Counted from the first letter of the stretch, positions 28,985 through 40,902 are shown. The stretch is 64,000 nucleotides of DNA from Clostridia bacterium (GCA_028698585.1 JAQVWG010000006.1:1117-65116), one strand, 5' to 3'. A program made the numbers and translations. The notes: a model not told the origin generated them from the letters alone.

Positions 28985-30508
28985 TTGCTTACTAATGTCA
29001 AGAGTTTTGCACTTAACGGACTAGAAGGATATCCAATCACAATCGAAGTAGACATTCGCTCCGGACTGCCCTCAGTCGATATAGTAGGGCTGGCAGATAC
29101 TATAATTAAGGAGAGCAAGGAGAGGGTTAGATCTGCAATCAAAAACAGCGGATTCAAGTTCCCCTTAGCTTCTGTGCTAGTCAATCTTGCGCCAGCAGAT
29201 ACTAGAAAAGAAGGTAGCATGTATGACTTGCCTATTGCACTAGGCGTGTTAACGTCAAATCAACAGATTACCTCTGCCATAATTAAGGATTATATTATAC
29301 TGGGCGAGCTATCTCTTAATGGCGACGTTAGGAGGGTTAACGGTCTGCTTCCCATGCTGATATCTGCTAGACAACAGGGATTTACTAAAGTAATTGTGCC
29401 GTCAGATAATTATAAAGAAGCATTACATACGGAGGGTATCCAGGTATATGGAATATCGTCATTAAAGGAGGCAGTGCTATTCTTAACCGAGCAAGAGCAA
29501 CTAGAACCAATCAAACCACTCAGTTGGCAGGGCAGTCAACCAATATATAACAGCAATGACATTAAATATGTTAAAGGGCAGTTTTCTGCTAAGAGAGCAC
29601 TAGAGATTGCCGTTGCAGGCGGACATAACATACTACTCATAGGTCCACCCGGCGCAGGCAAAACTATGCTAGCTCGTGCAGTCCCGTCGATTATGCCGGA
29701 TATTACCTTCGACGAAGCGCTCGAAGTCGCCAAAATATACTCTGTAGTTGGACTGCTTAATGAAGGATTCATATATACTAGGCCTTTTCGCTCACCACAC
29801 CACACAGCCACAATGGTAGCATTAACAGGCGGTGGCACCAAGGCACGCCCGGGCGAAATCAGTCTTGCACATAACGGTGTGTTATTCCTAGATGAGTTGC
29901 CGGAGTATCCTCGCCAGACGCTCGAAGCACTGCGTCAGCCGTTAGAGGATGGTACGATAACTGTTGCTAGGGCATCACACACTGTTGCTTACCCTGCCGA
30001 TTTTATGCTCATAGCCAGTATGAATCCATGTCCTTGTGGCAACTATGGTAGTACAACCAATCTATGTACGTGTACAGCATCTCAAATACATAGGTACTTA
30101 ACCAAACTCTCGGGACCACTTCTGGACCGTATTGATATACATGTCGAAGTGGGTAACGTGGAGTTCTATCAATTAAACGACAATAATGATGAGGAGTGCA
30201 GTCAAGTCGTACGCCAGCGAGTTAATAAGGCAAGGAGTATTCAAATTGAGAGATTCGACAGTAGCAATCACTATTGTAATGCACATATGACTTCTGCCGA
30301 AATCAAGACATATTGTAAACTTGACGTACGCTCCACTCAACTGATAGAGCAAGCGTTCGATAAACTTAACTTATCTGCTCGAGCATACAACAGGATACTT
30401 AAGGTTGCTCGAACAATAGCAGACTTAGCCTGCTGTGAGCAGATACTGCCTGCACATATATCCGAAGCAATACAGTATCGCTCACTAGATAGGAAATATA
30501 GAGTGTAA
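28985..30508 (+). CDS. yifB: YifB/ComM-family Mg-chelatase-like AAA ATPase
   Basis: Lon-protease-like N-terminal domain and Walker A GPPGAGKTMLA. TTG start with RBS AAGGAGGG. Confidence 0.9.
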   Translation: MLTNVKSFALNGLEGYPITIEVDIRSGLPSVDIVGLADTIIKESKERVRSAIKNSGFKFPLASVLVNLAPADTRKEGSMYDLPIALGVLTSNQQITSAIIKDYIILGELSLNGDVRRVNGLLPMLISARQQGFTKVIVPSDNYKEALHTEGIQVYGISSLKEAVLFLTEQEQLEPIKPLSWQGSQPIYNSNDIKYVKGQFSAKRALEIAVAGGHNILLIGPPGAGKTMLARAVPSIMPDITFDEALEVAKIYSVVGLLNEGFIYTRPFRSPHHTATMVALTGGGTKARPGEISLAHNGVLFLDELPEYPRQTLEALRQPLEDGTITVARASHTVAYPADFMLIASMNPCPCGNYGSTTNLCTCTASQIHRYLTKLSGPLLDRIDIHVEVGNVEFYQLNDNNDEECSQVVRQRVNKARSIQIERFDSSNHYCNAHMTSAEIKTYCKLDVRSTQLIEQAFDKLNLSARAYNRILKVARTIADLACCEQILPAHISEAIQYRSLDRKYRV

Positions 30509-30509
30509 T

Positions 30510-31607
30510 ATGCTTAACCTTAGACAAAAAGTATGTTTAGTACTGTCCACGCTGGCGCCGTGTTGCGCCAATAAGCAGAAGCAGTTGATTGACTTGTTCC
30601 AACACCCAGAGGATATGTGGAGTCAGTTAGAGAGTCGAAGAATCGACATTGAATCACTCGTTGGTGCCAGTGGATATAGCCGACTCAAATATTCACTACG
30701 AGAGGACTTCGTTAGAGACATCGAGAATGACTTGTCGGAAAAGAATATCATCCCCATTACATACTATTCAAAGGAGTATCCGGAGAAACTAGCCAACATA
30801 TATGATGCCCCGATGACCTTATTCTGTATGGGCGATGTGTCACTGCTCTCTAGTGATTGCCTTGGTGTTGTGGGTACACGCAAGATGTCTGCATACGGTA
30901 AACGAGTAACTACCTACTTCGTCAGCGAACTGGCGACCAAGTTTACGATAGTGTCTGGTCTAGCATATGGCGTCGATACGATGGCACATATAACAACGCT
31001 TGACACCTCAGGCAGAACAATCGCCGTACTCGGAAGTGGGTTGCTCAACATATATCCATCCTCTAACATTTCGCTCGCCAAGGAGATAATTGCTAAGGGT
31101 GGGTTGATTATCAGCGAACATCAGAGTTATACCGAACCCAGTCACTATAACTTTCCCTTGCGTAACAGGATAATATCTGGGCTCTCTAAGGGCATACTTA
31201 TTACGGAAGCACCGGAAAAAAGTGGTGTGTTCTCGACATTCGAGTACGCATTAGAACAGGGCAGAGAAGTATTCGTTGTTCCGGGTGACATATTCGACTC
31301 CAATTATAAGGGCAGTAATATGCTCATTAAACGCACGCAGGGCGCACTGGTTACCACGCCTAAAGATATATATGATTCATTTTATATGAGTGTAGACCGC
31401 AAGAAGGTCGTCATCCAGCTAGATATGGATGAGCAAGCAGTTGTTCAACTGCTTCAGGAGGAGAATAAACTCCATTTCGACCAATTAATCAAGATGACTT
31501 CAATCAATGCAGGCACACTCAATTATACATTATCCAATCTTGAACTTAAAGGGTTGGTAATCAAACTGCAAGGCAACTACTATCAATACACATACTCGGA
31601 GGACTGA
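30510..31607 (+). CDS. dprA: DNA processing protein DprA
   Basis: GVVGTRKMSAYG Rossmann-fold motif. Position before topA. Confidence 0.9.
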   Translation: MLNLRQKVCLVLSTLAPCCANKQKQLIDLFQHPEDMWSQLESRRIDIESLVGASGYSRLKYSLREDFVRDIENDLSEKNIIPITYYSKEYPEKLANIYDAPMTLFCMGDVSLLSSDCLGVVGTRKMSAYGKRVTTYFVSELATKFTIVSGLAYGVDTMAHITTLDTSGRTIAVLGSGLLNIYPSSNISLAKEIIAKGGLIISEHQSYTEPSHYNFPLRNRIISGLSKGILITEAPEKSGVFSTFEYALEQGREVFVVPGDIFDSNYKGSNMLIKRTQGALVTTPKDIYDSFYMSVDRKKVVIQLDMDEQAVVQLLQEENKLHFDQLIKMTSINAGTLNYTLSNLELKGLVIKLQGNYYQYTYSED

Positions 31608-31614
31608 CATAATA

Positions 31615-33834
31615 ATGAAATTAGTAATAGTAGAATCACCATCTAAGGCCAAGACTGTAGCCAAATATCTAGGGAATGACTATATCGTTGACGCTTCCGG
31701 TGGTCATATAAGGGAACTGCCCGAAAAGAATCTCAATGTCGATGTAAATAACAACTTCGAACCACATTACGAGATAATCGCTACCAAGAAGGACGCAGTA
31801 AAGAGGCTCAAAGAGAAAGTCAAGAAGAGCGAGAGCGTTCTGCTCGCAACCGACCCAGACAGAGAAGGAGAGGCAATATCGTGGCATTTACAGACAGTGC
31901 TAGGATTACCTGTTAATGCCAAGAACAGAATAACATTCAACGAGATATCTAAGAAAGCAGTGGAAAAGTCTATAGCCAATCCCGACTACATCAATCAGAA
32001 CTTAGTCAACGCTCAACAGGCACGCAGGGTGCTAGACAGGCTGGTTGGTTATAAACTATCACCCGTGTTGTGTAAGAAGATTCAACCTAAACTCAGTGCA
32101 GGCAGAGTACAGTCCGCTGCCCTCAAACTGATAGTAGACAGGGAGCGTGAGATTAAATCATTTGTACCCGAAGAATATTGGAACATATCTGCTCTATTGC
32201 AGAATGGTAATAATAAGCCCACTTTTAAGGCTCTGCTTGCCACCTGTAAGGGTAAGAAAATCAAGATTACTTGTGAACAAGATGCCAAGAATGTACTGAC
32301 CGTGATAGACTCTAAGCCTTTCACCGTTGCCAGTCTCAAGAAGAGCATTAACTACTCTTCACCATATCCACCCTTTACCACTAGCACTATGCAACAGGAC
32401 GCCGTTAACAAGTTGAGGATGTCATCTAACAAGTGCATGCAGGTTGCACAGCAATTATATGAGGGCGTAGACATCAAGGGCGAACACATGGCACTGGTAA
32501 CATATATACGTACCGACTCTGTCAGAATATCTACTGACGCTCATAATGATGCGCGTGCATATATACAAGTCAACTTTGGCGCAGATTATGTGCCGTCAAC
32601 GCCCAACTATTATGCAACCAAGAAGTCTGCTCAGGATGCGCACGAGGCAATAAGACCTATCAACGTCGCACTTACGCCAGACAGTATTAAGGCATCCATA
32701 TCTGCTGATCAGTATAAACTCTACAAGTTGATATATGATAGATTCCTGGCAAGTTGTGCGTCTAAGGCCAAGTATGACAGCGTAGCAGTGGTAATTGACT
32801 GTGATAATTATGGATTTAAGGCCAATGGTAAGACTGTCTTATTCGACGGTTATACCAGATTCTACAGTAACGCAGTTAAGGGTGATGAGGACACCGAAGA
32901 GGGCAAACTACCTATTATGAATGAGGGTGATATACTGACCTTACATTCAATTGACAGCGAACAGAAGTTTACTAAGGCACCGTCTAGGTACACCGAAGCA
33001 TCGCTTATAAAGACAATGGAGGAGAACGGGATAGGCAGACCGTCTACATTCGCAACAATTATATCTACTATACTTAACAGGAAATACGTGCAGAAGGACT
33101 CCAAGAGTTTCCTGCCTACTGAGTTGGGCTCGATTGTAACCGAGTATATGGAAAAATACTTTGCCGACATCGTCAACGTGGAGTTTACATCCGGTCTTGA
33201 GGACAAGCTGGATTTAATCGAAGAAGATAATAAAGTGCAGTGGCAGAATGTTGTAGGCGACTTCTACTATCCTATGATGAAGAACATTGATACAGCATTA
33301 CGCGATAAGGCATACACAACAGCTGACGACCCAATCAACCCAGTTTGTTCTAAATGTGGCAGTCCGATGGTTGTTATGGTTGGCAAGTTTGGTAGATATC
33401 TCAAGTGCACCAATGTCGATTGTAAGGACACTCAATTGATAGAACATCAAGAGCAACCTAGAGTTACCGATATCGTGTGCGATAAGTGTGGTGCATTCAT
33501 GGTTGAGAAAACGGGTAGATTCGGCAAGTTCTATGCTTGCCCTAACTATCCAGAATGTAAGAATACTATGCCTATTAGCAAGAAGCAACCCAAATCAGTG
33601 GCAGTATGTGCCAAGTGTGGCGGTCAAATAATGGAAAAGACCACGAAACGAGGTAAAATATTCTATGGTTGCAGTAATTACCCTAAGTGCGATTATGCCA
33701 GTTGGGATTTGCCGATAGATAAAGCATGCCCGATATGTGGTACTAATCTGTCAATCAAGAACGGCGATAAATGCGACCAATATAAGTGTACCAATAAGGA
33801 TTGCGACTATACAGAGGACATTATCAATAAATGA
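31615..33834 (+). CDS. topA: DNA topoisomerase I
   Basis: Toprim LVIVESPSKAKT and DPDREGEAISWH, catalytic Tyr in YIRTDS, and several C-terminal Cys4 zinc ribbons. Confidence 0.95.
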   Translation: MKLVIVESPSKAKTVAKYLGNDYIVDASGGHIRELPEKNLNVDVNNNFEPHYEIIATKKDAVKRLKEKVKKSESVLLATDPDREGEAISWHLQTVLGLPVNAKNRITFNEISKKAVEKSIANPDYINQNLVNAQQARRVLDRLVGYKLSPVLCKKIQPKLSAGRVQSAALKLIVDREREIKSFVPEEYWNISALLQNGNNKPTFKALLATCKGKKIKITCEQDAKNVLTVIDSKPFTVASLKKSINYSSPYPPFTTSTMQQDAVNKLRMSSNKCMQVAQQLYEGVDIKGEHMALVTYIRTDSVRISTDAHNDARAYIQVNFGADYVPSTPNYYATKKSAQDAHEAIRPINVALTPDSIKASISADQYKLYKLIYDRFLASCASKAKYDSVAVVIDCDNYGFKANGKTVLFDGYTRFYSNAVKGDEDTEEGKLPIMNEGDILTLHSIDSEQKFTKAPSRYTEASLIKTMEENGIGRPSTFATIISTILNRKYVQKDSKSFLPTELGSIVTEYMEKYFADIVNVEFTSGLEDKLDLIEEDNKVQWQNVVGDFYYPMMKNIDTALRDKAYTTADDPINPVCSKCGSPMVVMVGKFGRYLKCTNVDCKDTQLIEHQEQPRVTDIVCDKCGAFMVEKTGRFGKFYACPNYPECKNTMPISKKQPKSVAVCAKCGGQIMEKTTKRGKIFYGCSNYPKCDYASWDLPIDKACPICGTNLSIKNGDKCDQYKCTNKDCDYTEDIINK

Positions 33835-35132
33835 GAGTAACGGTAATCGGTGGTGGACTAGCAGGGTGTGAAGCAACCTACCAGATAGCCAAGAGAGGAA
33901 TAGACGTTATACTAATAGATGCTAAGCCTATCGTTAAGTCTCCTGCGCATAAGTATGACACTCTTGCTGAGTTGGTATGCTCTAATTCGCTCAAATCGAA
34001 TGACATAACTGTTGCCAGTGGTCTGCTCAAGCAGGAGTTGAGATTACTGGATAGTCTACTTGTTAGATGTGCCGATAGTTGTAGAGTGCCAGCAGGTAGT
34101 GCTCTTGCAGTACAGAGGGAACAGTTCTCTGTTATGGTAACACAGCAACTAGAGAATATGCCACACGTAACAGTCTCGCACGCAATCGTAAAGGATTTCG
34201 TCCCGAGTAGTCGCGACCAAATCAATATAGTAGCGACCGGACCATTAACACTAGATGATATGCTACCCTCTCTACGACAGTTCTGTGGTGACTTCTTACA
34301 CTTTTATGACGCTGTAGCGCCCATAGTAACGGGCGAAAGTATAGATTATAATAGCGCATTCTCACAGAGTAGATATGATAAGGGTGATGCTGATTACCTT
34401 AATTGTCCTATGAATAAGGATGAGTTTATCAATTTTTGGCAACAGTTGACCACAGCTAACACTGTGCCTATTAAACATTATGAGAATAACGTTTTCGAGG
34501 GTTGTATGCCCATAGAAGTAATGGCGAGTAGGGGAATCGACACTATACGATACGGCATGTTCAAGCCTGTCGGTTTAACGGACAAACGTACAGGGTACAG
34601 ACCTTACGCAGTGCTACAACTGCGCAGAGAGAACACGCAAGGTACATTATACAATCTGGTCGGTTGTCAAACTCACTTAACGTTCGGAGACCAAAAAAGA
34701 GTCTTTTCTCTCATACCTGCGCTTGCCAATGCAGATTTCGTGAGATATGGAGTAATGCATCGCAACACCTACATCAATTCACCCACATTACTCAATCAAT
34801 TCTATCAGTCGATTACATATCCCAACCTATTCTTTGCAGGGCAACTGACGGGTGTCGAAGGGTATGTTGAGAGCATAGCCAGTGGGCTGGTCGCAGGCAT
34901 AAATGTCAGTCGCTTGGTACAGTCTAAACGATTGACAGAAATGGATAATTGCACTATGATTGGTGCGTTAGCTAGACATGTAAGTACGCCGTGCGTGAGC
35001 TATCAGCCAATGAATGCTAACTTTGGTTTACTACCACCTCTAGCCAACAATGTGCGTGACAAAAAAGTCAAGTATTCTATGCTAGCAGACATATCACTGG
35101 CTAGAATTAAACAATATGTAGATAGTATGTAG
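33831..35132 (+). CDS. trmFO: Methylenetetrahydrofolate--tRNA-(uracil54-C5)-methyltransferase TrmFO
   Basis: VIGGGLAGCEA FAD motif. ATGA overlap with topA. Confidence 0.9.
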   Translation: MRVTVIGGGLAGCEATYQIAKRGIDVILIDAKPIVKSPAHKYDTLAELVCSNSLKSNDITVASGLLKQELRLLDSLLVRCADSCRVPAGSALAVQREQFSVMVTQQLENMPHVTVSHAIVKDFVPSSRDQINIVATGPLTLDDMLPSLRQFCGDFLHFYDAVAPIVTGESIDYNSAFSQSRYDKGDADYLNCPMNKDEFINFWQQLTTANTVPIKHYENNVFEGCMPIEVMASRGIDTIRYGMFKPVGLTDKRTGYRPYAVLQLRRENTQGTLYNLVGCQTHLTFGDQKRVFSLIPALANADFVRYGVMHRNTYINSPTLLNQFYQSITYPNLFFAGQLTGVEGYVESIASGLVAGINVSRLVQSKRLTEMDNCTMIGALARHVSTPCVSYQPMNANFGLLPPLANNVRDKKVKYSMLADISLARIKQYVDSM

Positions 35133-35142
35133 GAGATAAATT

Positions 35143-35697
35143 ATGGATGACAGAACTATAGCAGATAATATGAAGGGTACGACAATATGCGCTGTCAAGC
35201 GTAACGGCAGAGTTGCTGTTGCAGGGGACGGACAGATAACGCTAGGGCAGAATGTAATATTCAAGAGCAACGCAGTCAAAGTTCGCCGAATATACGGAGA
35301 TAAGGTAATTGTCGGATTCGCTGGCACTGTCGCAGACGCATTTACACTTACTGACAAGTTCGAGGCTATGCTACAGAAGTACATGGGTAACCTATTGCGC
35401 AGTGCTGTTGAACTAGCACAACTATGGCGCAACGATAAGGTACTGCGTAAACTAGATGCTATGATGATAGTTGCTGATGGCTCAGATATGCTGATACTTT
35501 CCGGCGCAGGCGACGTAATAGAGCCAGAGAATGGTATATGCGCTATAGGTAGTGGTGGTAACTATGCTCTGTCGGCAGCAAGGGCGCTATATAACAACAC
35601 CGACTTGTCAGCAAGAGAGATAGCCCATAAGTCCTTGTTGATAGCAAGCGAGATTTGCGTTTTTACCAATACCAACATAACTGTGGAGGAGATATAA
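35143..35697 (+). CDS. hslV: ATP-dependent protease subunit HslV
   Basis: GTTICAV N-terminal nucleophile region. RBS AGGAGA. Confidence 0.9.
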   Translation: MDDRTIADNMKGTTICAVKRNGRVAVAGDGQITLGQNVIFKSNAVKVRRIYGDKVIVGFAGTVADAFTLTDKFEAMLQKYMGNLLRSAVELAQLWRNDKVLRKLDAMMIVADGSDMLILSGAGDVIEPENGICAIGSGGNYALSAARALYNNTDLSAREIAHKSLLIASEICVFTNTNITVEEI

Positions 35698-35698
35698 T

Positions 35699-36991
35699 AT
35701 GACACCCAAGCAGATTGTGGCACAACTCGATAAGTATATCATTAGTCAAGACGAGGCTAAGAAGGCAGTTGCAATAGCACTGCGCAACCGCTACCGTAGA
35801 AGTCGCTTGAGCGAAGAGGATAGAGAGGAAATTACTCCCAAGAACATAATTCTCAAAGGACCTACAGGTGTAGGCAAAACGGAGATAGCCCGCAGACTGG
35901 CTAAGCTGGTTAACGCACCTTTCGTCAAGGTTGAGGCAACCAAGTACACAGAAGTGGGCTATGTAGGCAGAGATGTCGAGTCTATGGTTAGAGACCTAGT
36001 GAGCGTGGCAATTCGCCTAGTTAAGGAAGAGCGCTACAAGACAGTCGAAGATAGGGCTAACCAGATAGCGGTAGATAAGGTAGCAGAGTTACTACTGGCC
36101 AATAAGGACAGTTTCCCAGAGGGGGTAAACAAGGCTACATTAAAGGATGAGATAGTAACCGGTAACCTAGACCACCTGACTGTTGACGTAGTAATTGCGG
36201 AAAAACCCCAATCTATAGAACTTCAACCTGGCTCAGGTAACGAAATCAACCTCGGCAGTATATTCGGCGGTATAATTCCCAATAGAACCAAGAAAAGGCG
36301 TGTTAGCGTTAAAGAGGCATTGAGATTACTGTCTTCGGAGGCTTCAGAGAAATTAATTGATGCCGATTCGGTTAATGCCGAGGCTATCAGGAGAGCCGAG
36401 AATGACGGACTGATATTTATAGATGAGATAGACAAGATTGCTGGCAAGGGTTCAACTAACGGCCCAGATGTATCACGAGAGGGCGTGCAGAGAGATATAT
36501 TGCCCATAATAGAGGGTTGCTCGGTGTCGACAAAATATGGCAACATTAAGACCGACCACATTCTGTTTATTGCCAGTGGCGCATTTCACGTTAGTAGCGT
36601 ATCCGACCTGATACCGGAATTACAAGGCCGTTTCCCTATACTTGTCGAGTTGAATAGCTTAGACAAGAACGATTTCGTTAAGATACTAACTGAGACGGAG
36701 AATGCAATTACTGAGCAGTATAGTAGACTTCTCGCAGTCGACAATATTTATCTGCAGTTCACTAAGGACGGCATCGCAGAGATAGCGGAGCTCGCAGTGG
36801 AGATGAATAACACTCAAGAGGATATAGGTGCAAGGCGACTTCAAAGTATCCTCGAACATATTACAGAGGATATATCCTATAATGTCGAAGAGGAGAATAA
36901 AGAACAGCACATTGTTATCGACGCTAAATACGTTAGGGATTACTACATCAATCAGGCAAAATCACTTAATTTGAAGAAGTATATAATATAA
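35699..36991 (+). CDS. hslU: ATP-dependent protease ATPase subunit HslU
   Basis: Walker A GPTGVGKTEIARRLA and IFIDEIDKI. Confidence 0.95.
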   Translation: MTPKQIVAQLDKYIISQDEAKKAVAIALRNRYRRSRLSEEDREEITPKNIILKGPTGVGKTEIARRLAKLVNAPFVKVEATKYTEVGYVGRDVESMVRDLVSVAIRLVKEERYKTVEDRANQIAVDKVAELLLANKDSFPEGVNKATLKDEIVTGNLDHLTVDVVIAEKPQSIELQPGSGNEINLGSIFGGIIPNRTKKRRVSVKEALRLLSSEASEKLIDADSVNAEAIRRAENDGLIFIDEIDKIAGKGSTNGPDVSREGVQRDILPIIEGCSVSTKYGNIKTDHILFIASGAFHVSSVSDLIPELQGRFPILVELNSLDKNDFVKILTETENAITEQYSRLLAVDNIYLQFTKDGIAEIAELAVEMNNTQEDIGARRLQSILEHITEDISYNVEEENKEQHIVIDAKYVRDYYINQAKSLNLKKYII

Positions 36992-37005
36992 CAGAGGACA
37001 AGTGT

Positions 37006-38796
37006 ATGACAGAATTTCTAGCAGGATTAAAGAGAACCAATATGTGTGGCGAGTTGTCACAGGCCGACAATGGTAAACAAGTTACGTTGATGGGGTGGAT
37101 ACACCGTAGGCGTGACTTAGGTGGATTGATATTCGCTCAACTTAGAGATTTGAGCGGGATATGCCAGATTGTTTTTGACACCGATGTGTGTGATAAGAGT
37201 CTACTAGATAAGGCAAGTCAACTTAAATTAGAATACGTTGTCGCAATAACTGGTCAAGTAAGGATGCGTACTCAAGAGAATATTAACCCCAATATGAGCA
37301 CTGGCTATATTGAGGTGTGTGCAGAGCAATTATTAATATTATCCGAGGCCAACACCACGCCATTCTCAATCGGTGATGATTCTGCCAACGAGAGCCTGCG
37401 ATTGACATACAGATACTTGGACTTACGCAGGAGTGCATTACAAAACAATCTGCTGTTGCGCAGTCGTATCTGCCATGAGGTTCGCAACTACTTAGCAGAA
37501 CAAGGCTTCTGCGAGATTGAGACGCCAATGATGGGCAGATCAACTCCAGAGGGAGCGAGGGATTACCTAGTGCCTAGCCGTGTTCATACAGGCGATTACT
37601 ATGCTCTGCCTCAGTCTCCACAGTTATACAAGCAACTACTTATGATAGGTGGTATGGACAGGTATTACCAGATAGCAAGATGTTTTAGAGATGAGGACTT
37701 GCGTGCTAACAGACAACCCGAGTTTACGCAGATTGATATGGAAATGTCCTTCGTTGATAAAGAGGAGGAAGTAATGGGTATAGCAGAAGGGTTGGTTAAA
37801 CGCCTTTTTGCCAATATACTCAATATTCAACTACCTGATTTTCCTCGACTTGCGTATGCTGATGCTATGAGACTGTACGGTTCTGATAAGCCTGACACAA
37901 GATACGATATGCAGCTATGCAATATATCCAGCGTAGTAACTGACAGTGGTTGTGCTATGTTCGATAACTGTCTGTCTGCTGGGGGCAAGGTGTATGCCAT
38001 AGTGTTAAGACAGAACGAGAGCAACCTTTCAAGAAAAGATTTAGATAAACTAGTAGATTTTGTTAAGACATATAAGGTCAAGGGCCTAGCATGGTTAGGG
38101 CTCAATCAGACAGGATTACGCAGTAGTTTTGCCAAGGCTATGCGCGAAAAGTCGCTTGACAACTTAATTGCTCATTTACAACTGCAACAAGGGGATATTT
38201 CCTTTATATGTGCAGACAATAACGAGGAGACGGTACAGATTGCCATGGGCGCTCTGCGTTGCCACCTAGCTGACAAGTTCAATCTCTACGACAAGAATGA
38301 TTATAAGGGACTGTGGGTTGTCGACTTCCCACTGCTAGAATACAGCGAGGAAGAAGGGCGCTACGTTGCTAAACATCATCCATTTACCAGCCCTAAGGAA
38401 GAAGATTTACACCTATTAGATACCAATCCTGCACTTGTACGTGCCAAGGCGTATGACATCGTTATCAATGGTGATGAGATGGGCGGTGGTAGTATGAGGA
38501 TATATAATAATGACCTTCAACGCAAGATGTTCAATGTATTAGGATTCGATGAACAGGCAATTAAGGACAAGTTCGGCTTCTTCGTTAATGCATTCAACTA
38601 CGGCACGCCTCCACATGGTGGACTAGCATTCGGTCTAGACAGAATGACTATGGTTATGGGTCGAGTCGACAACATAAGAGAGGTAATCGCATTCCCCAAG
38701 ACTCAACAGGCAACCTGTTTAATGTCTGGCGCACCGGCAAGGGTTGAGAAGAAGCAATTAGACGAGTTAGGAATTAGGTCAATAGATCAGAAATGA
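37006..38796 (+). CDS. aspS: Aspartate--tRNA ligase
   Basis: Class II motif FRDEDLRANRQPEFTQIDME and the GGGSMRI motif. Confidence 0.95.
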   Translation: MTEFLAGLKRTNMCGELSQADNGKQVTLMGWIHRRRDLGGLIFAQLRDLSGICQIVFDTDVCDKSLLDKASQLKLEYVVAITGQVRMRTQENINPNMSTGYIEVCAEQLLILSEANTTPFSIGDDSANESLRLTYRYLDLRRSALQNNLLLRSRICHEVRNYLAEQGFCEIETPMMGRSTPEGARDYLVPSRVHTGDYYALPQSPQLYKQLLMIGGMDRYYQIARCFRDEDLRANRQPEFTQIDMEMSFVDKEEEVMGIAEGLVKRLFANILNIQLPDFPRLAYADAMRLYGSDKPDTRYDMQLCNISSVVTDSGCAMFDNCLSAGGKVYAIVLRQNESNLSRKDLDKLVDFVKTYKVKGLAWLGLNQTGLRSSFAKAMREKSLDNLIAHLQLQQGDISFICADNNEETVQIAMGALRCHLADKFNLYDKNDYKGLWVVDFPLLEYSEEEGRYVAKHHPFTSPKEEDLHLLDTNPALVRAKAYDIVINGDEMGGGSMRIYNNDLQRKMFNVLGFDEQAIKDKFGFFVNAFNYGTPPHGGLAFGLDRMTMVMGRVDNIREVIAFPKTQQATCLMSGAPARVEKKQLDELGIRSIDQK

Positions 38797-39254
38797 CAGA
38801 GAAAGGTATAGTAGTTAATATTGAGAATAACGTTGCAACTGTGCGTATAGGCAGGTCATCTGCCTGCGGTAATTGCAATATGTGTGGTATGAGCGAGGAA
38901 AAGAAGCATGTAGACCTCTATGTTGACAACGTTTTACATGCCGAGAACGGCGATGTAGTACAACTAGAGATAATCGGTTCGTCAGCCACTCGTACATCAC
39001 TTATTGCCTACCTTATGCCACTAGTGTTGGCGCTCTGTGCTATGGCAGTAGCACTGTTGTGTGGTGCTAATGATTGGGTGCTGGCAATAGTATTCGTATT
39101 GGGACTGGCACTAGGGTATTTTGCAATCTGGCTCCTTGATAAGAAGTTGGGCAAAAAACTGGGTGTCAAAGCCACCATGACGAGCATTATAAGTGATAAT
39201 ACTGCAGTAATAATAGAGGAAAATAATGACAATAAGGAGAAAAATAATGAGTAA
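38793..39254 (+). CDS. RseC/MucC-family (SoxR-reducing-system-like) membrane protein
   Basis: N-terminal beta region with CGNCNMCG, followed by two TM helices. Confidence 0.65.
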   Translation: MTEKGIVVNIENNVATVRIGRSSACGNCNMCGMSEEKKHVDLYVDNVLHAENGDVVQLEIIGSSATRTSLIAYLMPLVLALCAMAVALLCGANDWVLAIVFVLGLALGYFAIWLLDKKLGKKLGVKATMTSIISDNTAVIIEENNDNKEKNNE

Positions 39255-39564
39255 TAACCTAACTGAGTTAACACAAGCAACATTCGAGCAATTTATAGCC
39301 AAGGGCGTTAGCCTAGTAGACTACTGGGCTAATTGGTGTGGACCATGTAGAATGATGGCACCAGTGCTAGATCAAATGTCAGTCGCTATGCCACAGGTCA
39401 AGTTTGGCAAAGTCGACGTAGACACTAACAAAGAGTTGGCAGTCAATGCGCAAGTATCGGCTATACCGAACATGTGCATATATAAGGACGGCAAGCTGGT
39501 AGACAGGATAATCGGCGTCCATTCGCAAGATGAGATAACCCAAACACTTAATAAATATCTATAA
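39247..39564 (+). CDS. trxA: Thioredoxin
   Basis: WCGPC active site. ATG 39247 is preceded by AAGGAG. The ORF-track start at 39226 is less likely. Confidence 0.9.
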   Translation: MSNNLTELTQATFEQFIAKGVSLVDYWANWCGPCRMMAPVLDQMSVAMPQVKFGKVDVDTNKELAVNAQVSAIPNMCIYKDGKLVDRIIGVHSQDEITQTLNKYL

Positions 39565-39581
39565 ACAGGAGAATACTCACA

Positions 39582-40835
39582 ATGATTGATTTTAGGACCA
39601 TTAAACAAGCGGATCCAGAGTTGTATGAGGCTTATACCAAAGAACTCAATCGCCAAAGACAGAACATCGAGTTGATAGCAAGTGAAAACTTTGCTTCACC
39701 GGCAGTTATGGCTGCTATGGGCAGTCATTTGACCAACAAGTATGCAGAAGGTTATCCTGATAATCGTTACTATGGTGGTTGCGAAATGGTAGACATCGCA
39801 GAGAATCTGGCAAGAGATAGGGCCAAGCAGTTGTTCGGTGCCGAACACGCCAACGTTCAACCTCACTGTGGCGCCAATGCCAACACGGCAGTATATCTTG
39901 CTTTTCTTAAACCTGGCGATACCATTATGGCAATGAATCTGTCGCATGGCGGGCACTTGAGCCACGGCAGTCCGGTTAACATCTCTGGTAAGTATTTCAA
40001 CATTGTGCCTTACGGCGTTAATGATAAGACGGAGCGCATTGACTACGATCAACTCGAGGAGATAGCACTTGCTAATAACCCCAAAATTATCGTAGCAGGT
40101 GCATCTGCATATTCACGTCATATAGATTTTGCACGATTCAGGGAGATTGCTGACAAAGTTGGCGCTATTCTTATGGTTGATATGGCTCACATTGCCGGAC
40201 TAGTTGCCGCTAAACTGCATCCAAGCCCTGTGCCTTATGCTGATGTTGTTACGACAACCACACATAAGACTCTTCGTGGGCCTCGTGGCGGTATGATACT
40301 GTGTAAGCAGAAGTGGGCCAAGAAGATAGATTCTGCAGTTTTCCCAGGCACACAAGGTGGGCCATTGATGCACATTATCGGAGCTAAGGCAGTATGTCTT
40401 AAGGAGGCTATGCAACCAGAGTTCGTTACCTATCAACAGGCAGTACTGGATAATTGTCAGATACTGGCTCGTACGCTATCTGCGGACGGCCTGAGATTGG
40501 TGTCAGGTGGCACGGATAATCACCTAATTCTTGTTGACTTGACTAATACAGGATTTACTGGTAAGTCTATGACACAGGTATTAGACAGTATACATATCAC
40601 TGTTAATGCTAACACAATACCTTTCGATCCACTGCCACCAAAAGTAGCCAGTGGTATCCGTATTGGTACGGCCAGCGTTACGACACGCGGTATGGGCAGT
40701 GCCGAAATGGTACAGATTGCCAAAACTATTTCCAGAGTGATTAAGGAGAAGGAAGCATGCCTAGACCAGTGCTTACAACAGGTACTAGATATGACTCAGC
40801 GATTCCCACTCTATAAGGACGATATTCTTGAGTAG
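39582..40835 (+). CDS. glyA: Serine hydroxymethyltransferase
   Basis: PLP-lysine motif [14 protein letters not shown]. Confidence 0.95.
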   Translation: MIDFRTIKQADPELYEAYTKELNRQRQNIELIASENFASPAVMAAMGSHLTNKYAEGYPDNRYYGGCEMVDIAENLARDRAKQLFGAEHANVQPHCGANANTAVYLAFLKPGDTIMAMNLSHGGHLSHGSPVNISGKYFNIVPYGVNDKTERIDYDQLEEIALANNPKIIVAGASAYSRHIDFARFREIADKVGAILMVDMAHIAGLVAAKLHPSPVPYADVVTTTTHKTLRGPRGGMILCKQKWAKKIDSAVFPGTQGGPLMHIIGAKAVCLKEAMQPEFVTYQQAVLDNCQILARTLSADGLRLVSGGTDNHLILVDLTNTGFTGKSMTQVLDSIHITVNANTIPFDPLPPKVASGIRIGTASVTTRGMGSAEMVQIAKTISRVIKEKEACLDQCLQQVLDMTQRFPLYKDDILE

Positions 40836-40863
40836 TACCCGATAAGTTAATCTAATAGCTTAT

Positions 40864-40902
40864 ATCAAGACAGGGTTATATATCTTGTCTTGATTTTTTT
40901 TC
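40864..40902 (+). terminator. Rho-independent terminator of glyA (repeat copy 1)
   Basis: 9-bp stem ATCAAGACA / TGTCTTGAT followed by 8 T. Confidence 0.85.

Noticed and set aside
36992-37005. A T-box leader upstream of aspS.
   Set aside because: Only 14 nt separate hslU and aspS, so there is no room for a T-box. aspS appears to be co-transcribed.
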